DNA of 64,000 nucleotides from Candidatus Aminicenantes bacterium. GTDB lineage: Bacteria; Acidobacteriota; Aminicenantia; Aminicenantales; Saccharicenantaceae. Below are positions 1 to 10,149 of the stretch, in pieces (positions within the stretch are counted from its first letter, which is position 1; each line of letters begins with the position of its first letter). The notes below the pieces were generated by a model. The model worked only from the letters and a program-made list of their open reading frames with translations. It searched no databases and was not told the DNA's origin. The position numbers and the translations under genes were made by a program. Location of the stretch: positions 72,709 to 136,708 of the forward strand of contig CAVZBY010000005.1 of NCBI GenBank assembly GCA_963773685.1. The letters run 5' to 3'.

Positions 1-444
1 GAAGGGATTGCCGCCGGCGTCGCCTTGCGGGAAGAATCCGTTCGGCGTCGAGAGGATGACGAAGCGCCTGGCCAGGCGTTCCATCTGAGCGATCAAAGCC
101 ACGGCCTCCTCCTCGTTCAGGTGCTCGATCACCTCAAGGGCCAGGACGCCGTCGAATGAGCCCGGACCGAACAGCTCCCCTATTTTGAGCACCGATATCT
201 GATGATACTCATCATGGATGCCCAGGGCGCAGCTGGCTTCGATGGCCGGGAGATGGCCGTCGACCCCGACCAGTCGGCCCGGCCGGACCCGGAGATGCCG
301 TACCGGCGAGTCGCGTCCGCAGCCCACGTCGAGCAGGCTTTCACACGATGGGCCTATGAGGCGATCCAGCTCCTTGACCAGGGGAGCCCGGGGCGAACCG
401 AAAAGGGCCATCCAGGCCTTGACGAGAAATGTCTTCGCGGACAT
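1..444 (-). CDS. class I SAM-dependent methyltransferase (C-terminus runs off the window start)
   Basis: Own translation of minus strand from ATG at 444-442: MSAKTFLVKAWMALFGSPRAPLVKELDRLIGPSCESLLDVGCGRDSPV... LDVGCG is SAM-binding motif I. The frame stays open to position 1; the ORF is absent from the track because no stop lies inside the window. Confidence 0.75.
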   Translation of the reverse strand, partial: MSAKTFLVKAWMALFGSPRAPLVKELDRLIGPSCESLLDVGCGRDSPVRHLRVRPGRLVGVDGHLPAIEASCALGIHDEYHQISVLKIGELFGPGSFDGVLALEVIEHLNEEEAVALIAQMERLARRFVILSTPNGFFPQGDAGGNPF

Positions 445-459
445 GGCCGCTTCCTGCGT

Positions 460-1513
460 TCAGGTTTCGATGATCTCGATCCCCTTGAGGGCCTTGGCCT
501 TGGCGTCCGCCCTGAACCATCCGTCCGACCTCAACATGGCCAGGATCTCCTTCCGGGTCAGGAGGTGCGTTCCCGCGGACGAATATTCGGACACCGGGCC
601 CTCCTTGGGGGTGCTCTTGTCCTGGGACCGGGCCCAGGACGGGATGATGAAATAGTCCTTGAGTTCCGTGGTCCGCCACATCTCCTCCTCGGAGACGAGG
701 ACCTCATGCATCTTCTCGCCCGGCCGCATTCCGACGACGGTCATGGGGTAGTCTTTCCGTCCGGTGATGCCGAAGGCCAGCGCCTGCCCCAGGTCGGGGG
801 TCTTCGCCGCGGGCATCTTCTGCACCCACAGATCGCCGGATGTTCCCTTGATGGTCGCCCAGAGGACGAGCCGGACGGCTTCCTTCAGCGTCAGCTGGAA
901 CCGCGTCATGTCGGGATGGGTGATCGGCAGGGGCCGGCCCTTCTGAATGAGATCGTAGAACAGGGGCACGACGCTGCCGCGGCTGCCGAGGACGTTCCCG
1001 TACCGGACGCAGACGAACTTCGTCGCCCCCCCGCTGTAGGTCGGATCGAGCATGATCCGCTCCTGGATCGCCTTGGTCATGCCCATGACGTTGACCGGCT
1101 TGACCGCCTTGTCCGTGCTGATCGAGACGACGGTCTCCACGCCGGCCTCGATAGCGGCCCGCCGCACGTTGTTGGCCCCGATGATGTTCGTTTCGACCGC
1201 TTCGAAGGGCGCGAATTCACAGCTGGGGACGTGCTTGAGGGCGGCCGCGTTGAAGACGATGGCGATGCCCCGCATCGCGTCCCGCGTTCTTTCCAGGTCC
1301 CGGACGTCGCCGATGTTGAACCGCAGGCTCTTGTTCCCCGGATAGGACGCGGCCATGTCGTATTGTTTCTTTTCGTCTCGGCTGTAGACATGGATGAGGC
1401 TCGGCCCCCAGCGGTAACAGCTCCCGGATGATCTGGTGGCCGAAGCTCCCCGTCCCGCCGGTCACGAGGATGTTCTTCCCTCGGAACGCGTCTTTCAACG
1501 ATCGTTGGGTCAT
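460..1513 (-). CDS. CapD/PseB-like polysaccharide biosynthesis protein (UDP-GlcNAc 4,6-dehydratase family), interrupted by a frameshift at the C5 run 1405-1409
   Basis: N-terminus MTQRSLKDAFRGKNILVTGGTGSFGHQIIRELL (ORF 1217-1513) carries the Rossmann GGTGSFG motif. The remainder is in ORF 460-1356. Deleting one C from 1405-1409 gives a continuous ...LPLGPSLIHVYSRDEKKQYDMAASYPG... Confidence 0.85.
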
Positions 1514-1561
1514 GCGATCCTCTCTTATTTTTGGCTCTTCTCCGGAATCCGGAGAAGCCCC

Positions 1562-2845
1562 TTACTTTTTCAGGGCGTTCCGGCAATCGACGAAGGCCCG
1601 CCCGGAAGCCCGGATCCGTTCCCAATCGTAGGCGGCATGATCGGTCACGATCATCACGCAATCCGCCTTCCGAAGGGTCGCGTCCGTCGGCTCGGCGAAC
1701 GGAACGTCGAGTCCGGCGGCGGCGAGCGAGGCCACGAACGGATCATGATAGCTGACGTCGGCGCCCAGCTTTTTCAGCAGCTTGATGATATCGAGCGCCG
1801 GGCTCTCGCGCAGGTCGTCGATATCGGGCTTGTAGGTCACCCCCAGGACCAGGACCCGGCTCCCGTTGACGGCCTTCTTCGCGGCGTTGAGGACGTCGAC
1901 GACCCTCTCGACCCAATAGGCCGGCATATGGCGGTTGATCTCCTCCGCCAGCTGGACGAACCGGGCGTTGTAATCGAGCGTTCTCAGCTTCCAGGAGAGA
2001 TATCCGGGATCGAGCGGGATGCAGTGGCCGCCGACCCCGGGGCCGGGGGTGAACTTCATGAAGCCGTACGGCTTGGTCGCGGCGGCCCCGATGACCTCCC
2101 AGGCGTCAAGGCCAAGCTTGTCGCACATGAGGAGGACCTCGTTGGCCAGCGCGATATTGACGGCCCGGAACGTGTTCTCGAGGAGCTTGGCCATTTCGGC
2201 CGCGGCGACGGAGCTGACCGGGACGGTCCTTTCGGTGACATGGGAATAGAGCGCCGTCGCGACCTCGAGGCAGGCCGGGGTGACGCCTCCGACGATCTTC
2301 GGGGTCGTCTTCAGGGTGAAGTCCTTGCGGCCGGGATCGGTGCGCTCGGGCGAGAAGGCCACGAAGACCTCCCGGCCCACGGCTAGGCCGCTCGCGGCGA
2401 CCTTGGGAAGGATGATCTCATCGGTCGTACCGGGGTAGGTCGTGCTCTCCAGGACGATGAGCATTCCGGGGTGGACGTGGCGGGCGACCATGTCGACGGC
2501 CGCGATCACGTAGGATAGGTCTGGATCGTGGGTCTTCGAAAGGGGGGTCGGAACGCAGATGGAGACGGCGTCGCAGCCGGCCAGAACGCCGAAATCCGTC
2601 GTCGCCTTCAATTTTCCCGAGGGGACCGTTTCTGCCAGATCGCCCGCCGGCACGTCGATGACATAGGAGCGGCCGGCGTTGAGCTCGGCGACCTTGCGCT
2701 CGACGACGTCGATGCCGAACGTCGGAAAGCCCGACCGGGCGAATCCCACGGCCAGGGGCAATCCGACGTATCCGAGCCCGATCACGGCGACACGGGCCTT
2801 GCGGGACTCGATCCGGGCTAAGAGATCCTTGCGTTCTTGACTCAT
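1562..2845 (-). CDS. nucleotide-sugar dehydrogenase (UDP-glucose/GDP-mannose dehydrogenase family; WbpA/WecC-like UDP-N-acetyl-hexosamine dehydrogenase)
   Basis: 427 aa with N-terminal VAVIGLGYVGLPLAV NAD fold, a GGHCIP catalytic-Cys motif and family-typical length. Confidence 0.9.
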   Translation of the reverse strand: MSQERKDLLARIESRKARVAVIGLGYVGLPLAVGFARSGFPTFGIDVVERKVAELNAGRSYVIDVPAGDLAETVPSGKLKATTDFGVLAGCDAVSICVPTPLSKTHDPDLSYVIAAVDMVARHVHPGMLIVLESTTYPGTTDEIILPKVAASGLAVGREVFVAFSPERTDPGRKDFTLKTTPKIVGGVTPACLEVATALYSHVTERTVPVSSVAAAEMAKLLENTFRAVNIALANEVLLMCDKLGLDAWEVIGAAATKPYGFMKFTPGPGVGGHCIPLDPGYLSWKLRTLDYNARFVQLAEEINRHMPAYWVERVVDVLNAAKKAVNGSRVLVLGVTYKPDIDDLRESPALDIIKLLKKLGADVSYHDPFVASLAAAGLDVPFAEPTDATLRKADCVMIVTDHAAYDWERIRASGRAFVDCRNALKK

Positions 2846-3507
2846 GGGACAACCTTTCTCGGCCTTCCTCGGGGCCTGACCGTGAGATTCCTGTTCAAGG
2901 AGCCCTCCAGGGCCCGGATGAACTCCCGGTCCCCGCAGGGCTTCCCCGTCTTCATATTCTTCCGGAGGGCTTCGATCGCCGCGGGATCGCCGGGGCCTCT
3001 CAGATAGGCGGCCCAGTCATCGACCTGGAGGTTGATCGGGCAGGGGGGCCGGAGGACGGGGTCGTCCGCGCCGGAGGAGTGGCTCCGGGCGCTCGACCAC
3101 GGATAGGCCGGGGCTTCATCGACGAGGCGCCAGCGGAGGGGGTTCGTTTCGACGAAGCGTACGGCCTCATAGGCGTGGGGCCCGTCGAGGATGGAGGAAT
3201 AGAAACGCCCCTGCCAGAGATGCCCACGGACGTTTCGTTTCAGGTTCATATACTGGGCGTAGCGCATGTGGAGGGCATTGAACGTCCGCCCCAGGCCGGT
3301 TTCCGTACGGGGAACGCAGATGTGATGGACGTGGTTCGGCATCAGGCAGTAGGCCAGTATCGTGACGCCGAACCGGCGGCCGTATTCGGCGAGCCATTCG
3401 AGATAGCGCTCGTAATCGCCGGCGTCCTCGAAGACGCGATGGCCATAGTTCCCGTACTGGAGCACGTGATGGGGGAGTCCCGGCGCGACCGTGCGTGATG
3501 TGCGCAT
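2842..3507 (-). CDS. IS200/IS605-like Y1 (HUH) transposase family protein, RAYT-like (COG1943-type), possibly inactive
   Basis: 221 aa with the HUH motif in LMPNHVHHICVP, then HLWQGRFYS and the C-terminal helix AVRFVETNPLRWRLV...YPWSSA. The stop overlaps the downstream dehydrogenase start as ATGA (2842-2845). Confidence 0.8.
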   Translation of the reverse strand: MRTSRTVAPGLPHHVLQYGNYGHRVFEDAGDYERYLEWLAEYGRRFGVTILAYCLMPNHVHHICVPRTETGLGRTFNALHMRYAQYMNLKRNVRGHLWQGRFYSSILDGPHAYEAVRFVETNPLRWRLVDEAPAYPWSSARSHSSGADDPVLRPPCPINLQVDDWAAYLRGPGDPAAIEALRKNMKTGKPCGDREFIRALEGSLNRNLTVRPRGRPRKVVP

Positions 3508-3786
3508 GTTTATTAGGGACAGGGGCTATTAAATAGAAGCTACCGCCGTCTGTTTGAGATAATCCTCTCTTCGCGCGAGTCCCATGACTCTGCCGTCGGC
3601 CTTCCGGGCCGAGCCGGGCTATCAGAATAGAACAACCCCCGAGGACGGTGAACAGTGAGCGACGGAACCCTGAAGCCGCGGCTTGCCTAGATACTAAGAG
3701 CGCGCCCGGAGGATGTCAAGGCGAAAATCGGGACAGCTGCTGATTTAGGCGGCATGACTCTTGGCACGGCCTGGCCGGCCGCCGGC

Positions 3787-4884
3787 TCAGGCAGGGGGTC
3801 CCGGACGGCTCCTTCGTCTTTCGACGGCATCCATGAATAGGGCCAGGATCGAGAACGCGAAGAGCGCCAACACTCCGCCGATCGCGACGTTCGCCGCCTT
3901 CTTCGGGGAGACCGGCGCCAACGATACGGTCGGCTCCTTGACGAGCTGGGCGGGATCGATGCGCTGCTTCTGTTCCTCCAGGAGCTCCATGTCGCTCCGA
4001 AGGGCGACGATCTCCTGCTCGATCTTGTCGATCTGGGTCTTGATGCCCCGGATGTCCTGTTCTTTTGCGCGGAGCGACAGCCGGAGATCCTCCTGTGTGT
4101 TCCGTTCCGCGCTCAGGCTCTCCTCGAGGGTATTGGAGTAGCGGACGTTCTGCTGGACCTCGTTCGCGTAAAGGAGGAGCCCGAGGGTCTCGACCCCGCT
4201 CTGCTTCTCGGCGAGCATCGACCGCTGTTGTTTTTCGATGGCTTCGATGCGCGTCCCGACGTTCTTGATCTCCGCGATAAGCCCCTGCGACCGGTCCTCC
4301 GAGATCTTCAGCTTGTTTCGGGCGGTCGTGATCTCCTGGCGGGCCGTCTCGATCTCGATGTTCCTGGATTGGATGTCGTACCCCTTGGCCTTGATATCGC
4401 TTTCCTTCGACGCGATCTGTGTCGTGATGCCTTTGATCTCGACGTCGATCCTTCGGTCGAGTTCCCCCTTGATCCGCCCGAAGAGAGCGGCGAGGATCGG
4501 CCTGTCCTTCTCCGGGTCGGCCGTCCGGAGACTGACCCGGACGAGTTTCGTGTCCTTCAGGACCCCCGCCTCGAGTTTGGGGAACGGCCTCGGGGGCAGG
4601 TTGAGATCGGCGGAGATCAGGCGGTTGTAGGCCCCCTGGTTGATCTGCCCGGCCAGCTGTTTGGGGTCCATGACCACGACCTCCGTGAATGTCCCCTGCG
4701 CGGATTTTACGAAGAACTTGCTCGGCTGGATGATGGCATCGACCTCCCACCGGGACGGGAGGAGCCAGTTGAAGACGCCGACGGCGAGGGCGATGAGCAC
4801 CGTGGGCCCGATGACGAGCCACCGTCGCTTCCAGAGGATCTCCAGGTACGCGATCAGGTCCGTTCCGTTTTCAGACTGGTCCAT
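3787..4884 (-). CDS. polysaccharide chain-length determinant (Wzz/GumC, PCP family) protein
   Basis: 365 aa with an N-terminal DLIAYLEILWKRRWLVIGPTVLIALAVG transmembrane segment, a long coiled-coil periplasmic region and a C-terminal transmembrane segment, which is Wzz topology. Confidence 0.8.
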   Translation of the reverse strand: MDQSENGTDLIAYLEILWKRRWLVIGPTVLIALAVGVFNWLLPSRWEVDAIIQPSKFFVKSAQGTFTEVVVMDPKQLAGQINQGAYNRLISADLNLPPRPFPKLEAGVLKDTKLVRVSLRTADPEKDRPILAALFGRIKGELDRRIDVEIKGITTQIASKESDIKAKGYDIQSRNIEIETARQEITTARNKLKISEDRSQGLIAEIKNVGTRIEAIEKQQRSMLAEKQSGVETLGLLLYANEVQQNVRYSNTLEESLSAERNTQEDLRLSLRAKEQDIRGIKTQIDKIEQEIVALRSDMELLEEQKQRIDPAQLVKEPTVSLAPVSPKKAANVAIGGVLALFAFSILALFMDAVERRRSRPGPPA

Positions 4885-4984
4885 GGGCGCCTCTCTCTTC
4901 CCCTTAATTAGTCCAGGGGCCGAGGCTTGTCAAGCGCGACCGGCGGGCGGCCCCGTCTGTTGAATCCGATGGACGGATGATATA

Positions 4985-7247
4985 ATGAAGCCCATGCGCG
5001 GACGGATCCGTATTCCGGCGTTCCCGGCGGCCCTGAAGGCGGTCGTCCTGCGCGCCGTTCCGGCCGTCCTCGCCCTCTCGCTTACCGCCCCCTCCGCGGC
5101 CCGGGGCCAGGAGGCCCGGACGGTCGTGCCGCCGGCGCCGGCCGCCGCATCGCAGGCCGCGCCCGCGGAGAACGCGGACGCCCTCACCGTTTATGCCCGG
5201 ACCCAGGAGAAGACGAAGGACCGCATCTTCCTCACCGGCGACGTCGAGATCCGCTACAAGGACCTCCGGCTCTTCGCCGACCGGGTCGAGATCGACACGG
5301 CGACCAAGGACTGCCTGGCCACGGGGAACGTTACGATCCAGCTCCCCAACGAGTCGATCACCGCCGAGGAGGCCCGCATCAACCTCGAGACGAAGGAAGG
5401 GAAGCTGGTCAAGCCGGACGGCATGGTCCAGCCCACCATCTTCTATCGCGCCGCGTCGATCGACCGGAAGGCGGGGGACCTCTACGGGCTCATCGACGCC
5501 CGGATCACGTCCTGCGCCCAGCCCGTGCCGCGCTGGCGGTTCGACGCCTCGCGGGCGAACTTCCGCAAGGACGATTACGTCGAGATGTGGAACGCCGTGC
5601 TTCACATCAAGAAGGTCCCGGTCTTCTACATGCCCTATATGCGATACCCCGTCGGACGCGACCGCGCGACCGGCTTCCTCCTCCCGAAGATCGGCTGGTC
5701 GGGCCGGAAGGGCTTCAATTACGAGCAGGGGTTCTACTGGGCCATCGCCCGCAACGTGGACGCGACCGTCAACGCGGAATACTACGCGGCGCGGGGCGTC
5801 GGCGGCGGGCTGAACTTCCGGTACCTCTTCCGCGGCGGGACGGGGGGCGAGATCAACCTCTTCGGCTTCACCTTCAAGCGCGACGCCTCCGGGATAAAAG
5901 AGGACAACGCCTACATCCTCCGCCTCAACCACAACCAGCCCCTGCCGCTCGGCTTCACCCTCGTCGCGGACGTCGACCTCCAATCGTCCTACGACTTCCT
6001 CCGCGAGTTCGACAACAACTTCGGCCGGGCCACCGTCCGCAACCGCAAATCCCAGGTCTACCTCCAGAGGTCGTGGTCCTATTTCAACCTGAGCGCGCGC
6101 GTTTCGCAGTCCGAGACCTACTTCGGGCAGATCAACAGGTCCGTCGTCAGCCGGAGCCTGCCCGAGGTCAACTTCAGCATGTTCAAGGTCAAGCTCTTCG
6201 GGCCGCTCCACGCCTCCTTCACCTCGGGATACAGCCGCCAGGAATACGGCCTACAGCAGGACTACGACAAGGGAAAACAGCGGAAGACGGCCAGCCTGTC
6301 CTTTGCCCCGACGCTGTCCGTCCCGTTCACGGCGCTTCCCTGGCTCACGGCGAACACCGCGGTCACGGGGAGATTCGTCTATTACCCGAAGACCTACAGA
6401 CTGGGGACGTCCACGGTCGTCGACGAGCCCCTGTTCGCCAAGAGCGCCTCGATCACGGCCGAGGTCGTCGGGCCCGTCTTCGCGAAGGTTTACCGGAACG
6501 CGCGAGGGAGACCCGGTTTTCAAGCATAGCATCGAGCCCTTCGCGAACTACCAGTTCGACAGCCCGATCCCGGAGTCGAAGCGCATCATCACGACGTACG
6601 CCTACTTCTTCCGCTACCACAAGATCGAGTACGGTCTCACCAACCGGTTCTACGTCAGGGACCGGAACGACCAGCCGCGGGAGCTGGTCCAGGTGGGCGT
6701 GAGCCAGACGTTCTACCTGGCGCCCGAGGAGGGCCCGCTGAGCCAGTTCCGGGTCAACGGAAGGATCCCGCGCTTCTCCGTCGCCGAGGGGCGCCTGCGG
6801 ATCTACCCGGCCGCGCAGTACAACCTGGACGTGGCGGCCGAGTTCAACCCCTATTACAAGCATCTGACGAGCCTCCGGCTGAGCGCGAACGCCGGGTCGC
6901 GGGTGAAAGGGCAGTACGTGTCCCTGAGCTGGTTCAAGAGCTATAAATCCTGGTTCCGCGACCTGGTCAGCGAGGTGTTCAGCAACCGGCATCAGATCGG
7001 CGTCTCGGCGGGCCTCAAGATCCCCAAGCTCCCGATCGACCTGCTGGCGGAATGCGATTACAACATCAAGCAGCGGAAGCTCCTGTTCCTGGCCTCGAGC
7101 GCCGTCTATCACTACCAATGCCTTGATTTCGAGTTCGAGGTGAAGGTACTATACTTCCGCCTGAAGCCCGAGACCCAGGTCAAGTTCTCGGTGGGCCTGG
7201 GGAACATCGGGAAGACGACGGATTTCCTGGGAGGGTTCGGATTTTGA
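4985..7247 (+). CDS. lptD: LPS-assembly outer-membrane protein LptD (OstA family), interrupted by a frameshift near 6498-6506
   Basis: Signal peptide followed by an OstA-N-like region (DRIFLTGDVEIRYKDLRLFADRVEIDTATKDCLATGNV). The beta-barrel part continues in ORF 6303-7247 (GDPVFKHSIEPFANYQF...). The two ORFs join if 1 nt is removed. Confidence 0.85.
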
Positions 7248-8312
7248 AAGGCTTGATCCTGAGCGGGGGCAAGGGAACGCGGCTCCGGCCGCTGACGTTC
7301 ACCCAGGCCAAACAGCTCGTCCCGGTCGCGAACAAGCCGGTCCTCTTCTACGGGATCGAGGCGCTCCGCGACGCCGGCATCACCGACGTCGGCATCATCG
7401 TCGGGGACACCCGGGACGAGATCCGGGCGGCCTGCGGGGACGGGTCGCGCTGGGGCGTCCGCATCACCTATATCGAGCAGGATGCGCCTCTCGGCCTGGC
7501 CCACGCCGTCCTGACGGCCCGCGCCTTCCTCGGGCGCGACGCCTTCGTCATGTACCTCGGCGACAACATCCTGAAGAGCGGCATCACGTCCCTCGTCGCC
7601 AAGTTCCGGGAGAGCCGGCCGAACGCGCTCATCCTGCTGACGCCCGTGCCCGACCCGAAGATGTTCGGGGTCGCGGAGTTGCGCGCGGACGGCCGGATCG
7701 CCCGCCTCGTCGAGAAGCCGGCCGAGCCGAAGAGCGACCTGGCCCTGGTCGGGGTGTACATGTTCGACGAGCACATCTTCGAGGCGGCCGGGGCCATCCA
7801 GCCGTCCGGGCGGGGCGAGCTCGAGATCACCGACGCCATCCAGTACCTGGTCGACCACGGCTACGAGGTCCAGCCGCACCTCGTCCGGGGATGGTGGAAG
7901 GACACGGGCAAGATCGAGGACATCCTGGAAGCCAACCGCCTGATCCTGGAGGGGATGGCGGGGCAGATCGAGGGCGACGTGGACGCGGCCTCGCGGATCA
8001 GCGGGAACGTCGTCATCGAGGCGGGGGCGGTCGTCCGGAACAGCATCATCCGCGGGCCGGCGATCGTCGGCGCCGGCACGGAGATCGCGCGACGCGTACG
8101 TCGGGCCGTTCACGTCGATCGAGCCGCGGTGCCGCATCGTCGGCACGGAGATCGAGCACAGCATCGTCCTCGAAGGGAGCACGATCGAGGACGTGGGAGC
8201 CCGGATCGACGAGAGCCTCATCGGGCGCGAGGTGCGGATCTACAAGTGCCCGTCCAAGCCCTCGGCCTACCGGTTCATGGTCGGGGACAAGAGCGAGATC
8301 GGGATCAAATGA
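7244..8312 (+). CDS. rmlA: glucose-1-phosphate thymidylyltransferase (long-form RmlA), interrupted by a frameshift at about 8090
   Basis: MKGLILSGGKGTRLRPLTFTQAKQLVPVANKP nucleotidyltransferase signature. The left-handed beta-helix C-terminus (DAYVGPFTSIEPRCRIVGTEIEHSIVLEGS...GIK*) is read in the next frame from 8091. The stop TGA is at 8310-8312. Confidence 0.85.
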
Positions 8313-8779
8313 CGGAGGCGAACATGATCGACGGCGTCAAACTGAAGAAGCTCAGGGTCATGCCCGACGAGCGGGGCCGCCTGACCGAGATCCTGCGGAA
8401 GGACGACGACCTGTTCCTGGGATTCGGCCAGGTCTACGTCACGACGACCTATCCCGGCGTCGTCAAGGCCTGGCACAAGCACATGAAGCAGACGGACAAC
8501 ATCGCCTGCGTCGTCGGGATGATCAAGGTGGCCCTCTACGACGGGCGGGAGAGGTCCCCGACGCGCGGGCAGGTCGACCAGTTCTATCTCGGCGTCCACA
8601 ACCCGGCCCTGCTCCAGGTTCCGGCCGGGGTCACTCACGGCTGGATGTGCGTCAGCGCCGAGGAGGCCGTCATCGTCAACGTGCCGACCGAGGCCTACGC
8701 CTACGCCGCGCCCGACGAACAGCGGCTCGACCCGCACGACAAGAGCATCCCCTACGACTGGACCAGGAAGGATGGCTGA
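8309..8779 (+). CDS. dTDP-4-dehydrorhamnose 3,5-epimerase family (small cupin; RmlC-like or sugar ketoisomerase)
   Basis: The ATG at 8309 overlaps the rmlA stop (ATGA). The product is about 156 aa: MTEANMIDGVKLKKLRVMPDERGRLTEILR...VKAWHKH...HGW, a cupin fold. It appears fused to rmlA in ORF 7244-8779 only because of the rmlA frameshift. Confidence 0.7.
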   Translation: MTEANMIDGVKLKKLRVMPDERGRLTEILRKDDDLFLGFGQVYVTTTYPGVVKAWHKHMKQTDNIACVVGMIKVALYDGRERSPTRGQVDQFYLGVHNPALLQVPAGVTHGWMCVSAEEAVIVNVPTEAYAYAAPDEQRLDPHDKSIPYDWTRKDG

Positions 8780-8787
8780 CCGCAGAT

Positions 8788-9808
8788 TTGAATGGCCAGA
8801 CGCTCCTCGTCACGGGGGGCGCCGGCTTCATCGGCAGCAACTTCATCCGCCACATCCTCGGGCGCTACCCGGACGTCCGCGTCATCAACCTCGACAAGCT
8901 GACCTACGCCGGGAACCTCGAGAACCTGCGCGACGTCGAGGCCGACCCCCGCTACGAGTTCGTCCACGGCGACATCCGCGACCGCGACCTCGTCGCCCGC
9001 CTCTTCCCGCGCGTCCAGGGGGTCGTCCATTTCGCCGCCGAGACGCACGTCGACCGTTCGATCGTCGACGCCGGCGAGTTCGTCCTGACCGATGTCCACG
9101 GGAGCTATCGTCCTGTTCGAGGCCCTCAAGGAGTCGCCGCACGTCGCGTTCTTCGTCCATGTCTCGACCGACGAGGTCTACGGGAGCCGCGACGAGGGCT
9201 TCTTCCGCGAGACCGACCCGGTCGCCCCGTCCTCGCCCTACGCCGCCAGCAAGGCCGGGGCCGACCGCCTGGCCTACGCCTACCATGTCACTTACGGCCT
9301 GCCGATCGTCATCGTCCGGCCGAGCAACAACTACGGCCCGTACCAGCACCCCGAGAAGTTCATCCCGCTGTTCGTGACCAACGCCCTGGAAGGGAAGACG
9401 CTCCCGCTCTACGGACGGGGGACCAACGTCCGCGACTGGCTCTTCGTCGGCGACAACTGCCGGGCCATCGAGATCGCGGCCCAGCGGGGCGCGGCGGGCG
9501 AGGCCTACAACATCGGCGCGGGCAACGAGGCCCGGAACATCGAGGTCGCCGGGCGCATCTGCGACCTGCTCGGGAAGCCGCGCGAGCTGATCAAGCTCGT
9601 CCCCGACCGCCTCGGCCACGACCGTCGCTACGCCGTCGATTGGACGAAGATCCGCGCCCTCGGATGGGCGCCGGAGACGCCGTTCGACGCCGGCCTCGAG
9701 GCCACCGTCCGCTGGTACGAGGGCCATCGCCCGTGGTGGGAGGCCATCAAGAACCGCAACCGCGAGTTCAAGGCCTTTTACGAACAGTATTACAAAGACC
9801 GCCGCTGA
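8788..9808 (+). CDS. rmlB: dTDP-glucose 4,6-dehydratase, interrupted by a frameshift near 9100-9104
   Basis: LLVTGGAGFIGSNFIRH...NLDKLTYAGNLENL, read in the frame of ORF 7891-9849, then STDEVYG...YAASKAG...RPSNNYGPYQHPEKFIP in ORF 9092-9808. The probable start is TTG at 8788. Confidence 0.85.
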
Positions 9809-9830
9809 TACGGCGGAAGCCTGGCTTGAT

Positions 9831-9860
9831 ATGTAGCCGCAGACTTTAGTCTGCGTCTTC
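9831..9860 (+). repeat. REP element (GTAG-headed hairpin), left arm of a REP pair
   Basis: atGTAGCC-GCAGAC-TTTA-GTCTGC-gtcttc. It is the reverse complement of 10087-10116 with 1 mismatch. Confidence 0.85.
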
Positions 9861-9872
9861 ATTTCGCAAACT

Positions 9873-10037
9873 TGTGTTCAGCCCATCATGAGGGAAAGGG
9901 AGGATCTTGCCTCCCATGTTCGATACGCCCTCGAGAATCCGGCACGCAAGGGTGGGGTCGCGAACTCGCGGGAATACCTGTTCAACGGAGCCTTTGGGTG
10001 CGAGGTGGGCGAAGTTTTGGCAGGGCTGTTTGGTTAA
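9873..10037 (+). pseudogene. C-terminal remnant of a YafM-type RAYT (REP-associated tyrosine transposase)
   Basis: Own translation: CVQPIMREREDLASHVRYALENPARKGWVANSREYLFNGAFGCEVGEVLAGLFG*. It keeps the RAYT C-terminal helix pattern HV-x-Y-x3-NP-x-[KR]-x-GWV. No N-terminal HUH part is present, and the remnant is bracketed by inverted REPs. Confidence 0.55.
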
Positions 10038-10086
10038 GAGATGCGGCTAAAGGGCGGATAAATCCCGGCCGATACCAAGGGCTGCG

Positions 10087-10116
10087 GAAGACGCAGACTA
10101 AAGTCCGCGGCTACAT
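10087..10116 (-). repeat. REP element, right arm of the REP pair
   Basis: gaagac-GCAGAC-TAAA-GTCCGC-GGCTACat; inverted copy of 9831-9860. Confidence 0.85.
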
Positions 10117-10149
10117 CAAGAGGAAGTCCCGATCAACGGAAAGCCCAGA

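Noticed and set aside
3762-3777. TGGCAC-ggcct-GGCCG as a sigma54 promoter.
   Set aside because: The -12 GC is out of register. The site lies at the 3' end of the minus-strand Wzz gene, with no plus-strand gene downstream.
4966-4986. Perfect TATAAT (4981-4986) overlapping the first ATG of lptD, hinting at a leaderless transcript starting at the second ATG (4994).
   Set aside because: The only -35-like hexamer (TTGAAT) is 15 nt away, which is too close. A single hexamer is weak evidence and there is no way to test it from sequence alone.
7244-8779. 511-aa ORF suggesting a fused RmlA-RmlC bifunctional enzyme.
   Set aside because: The middle about 75 residues (ARRVRRAVHVDRAAVPHRRHGDRAQ...) are out-of-frame junk. 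The true RmlA beta-helix C-terminus and its stop are read in the adjacent frame from 8091. RmlC has its own ATG at 8309, overlapping that stop.
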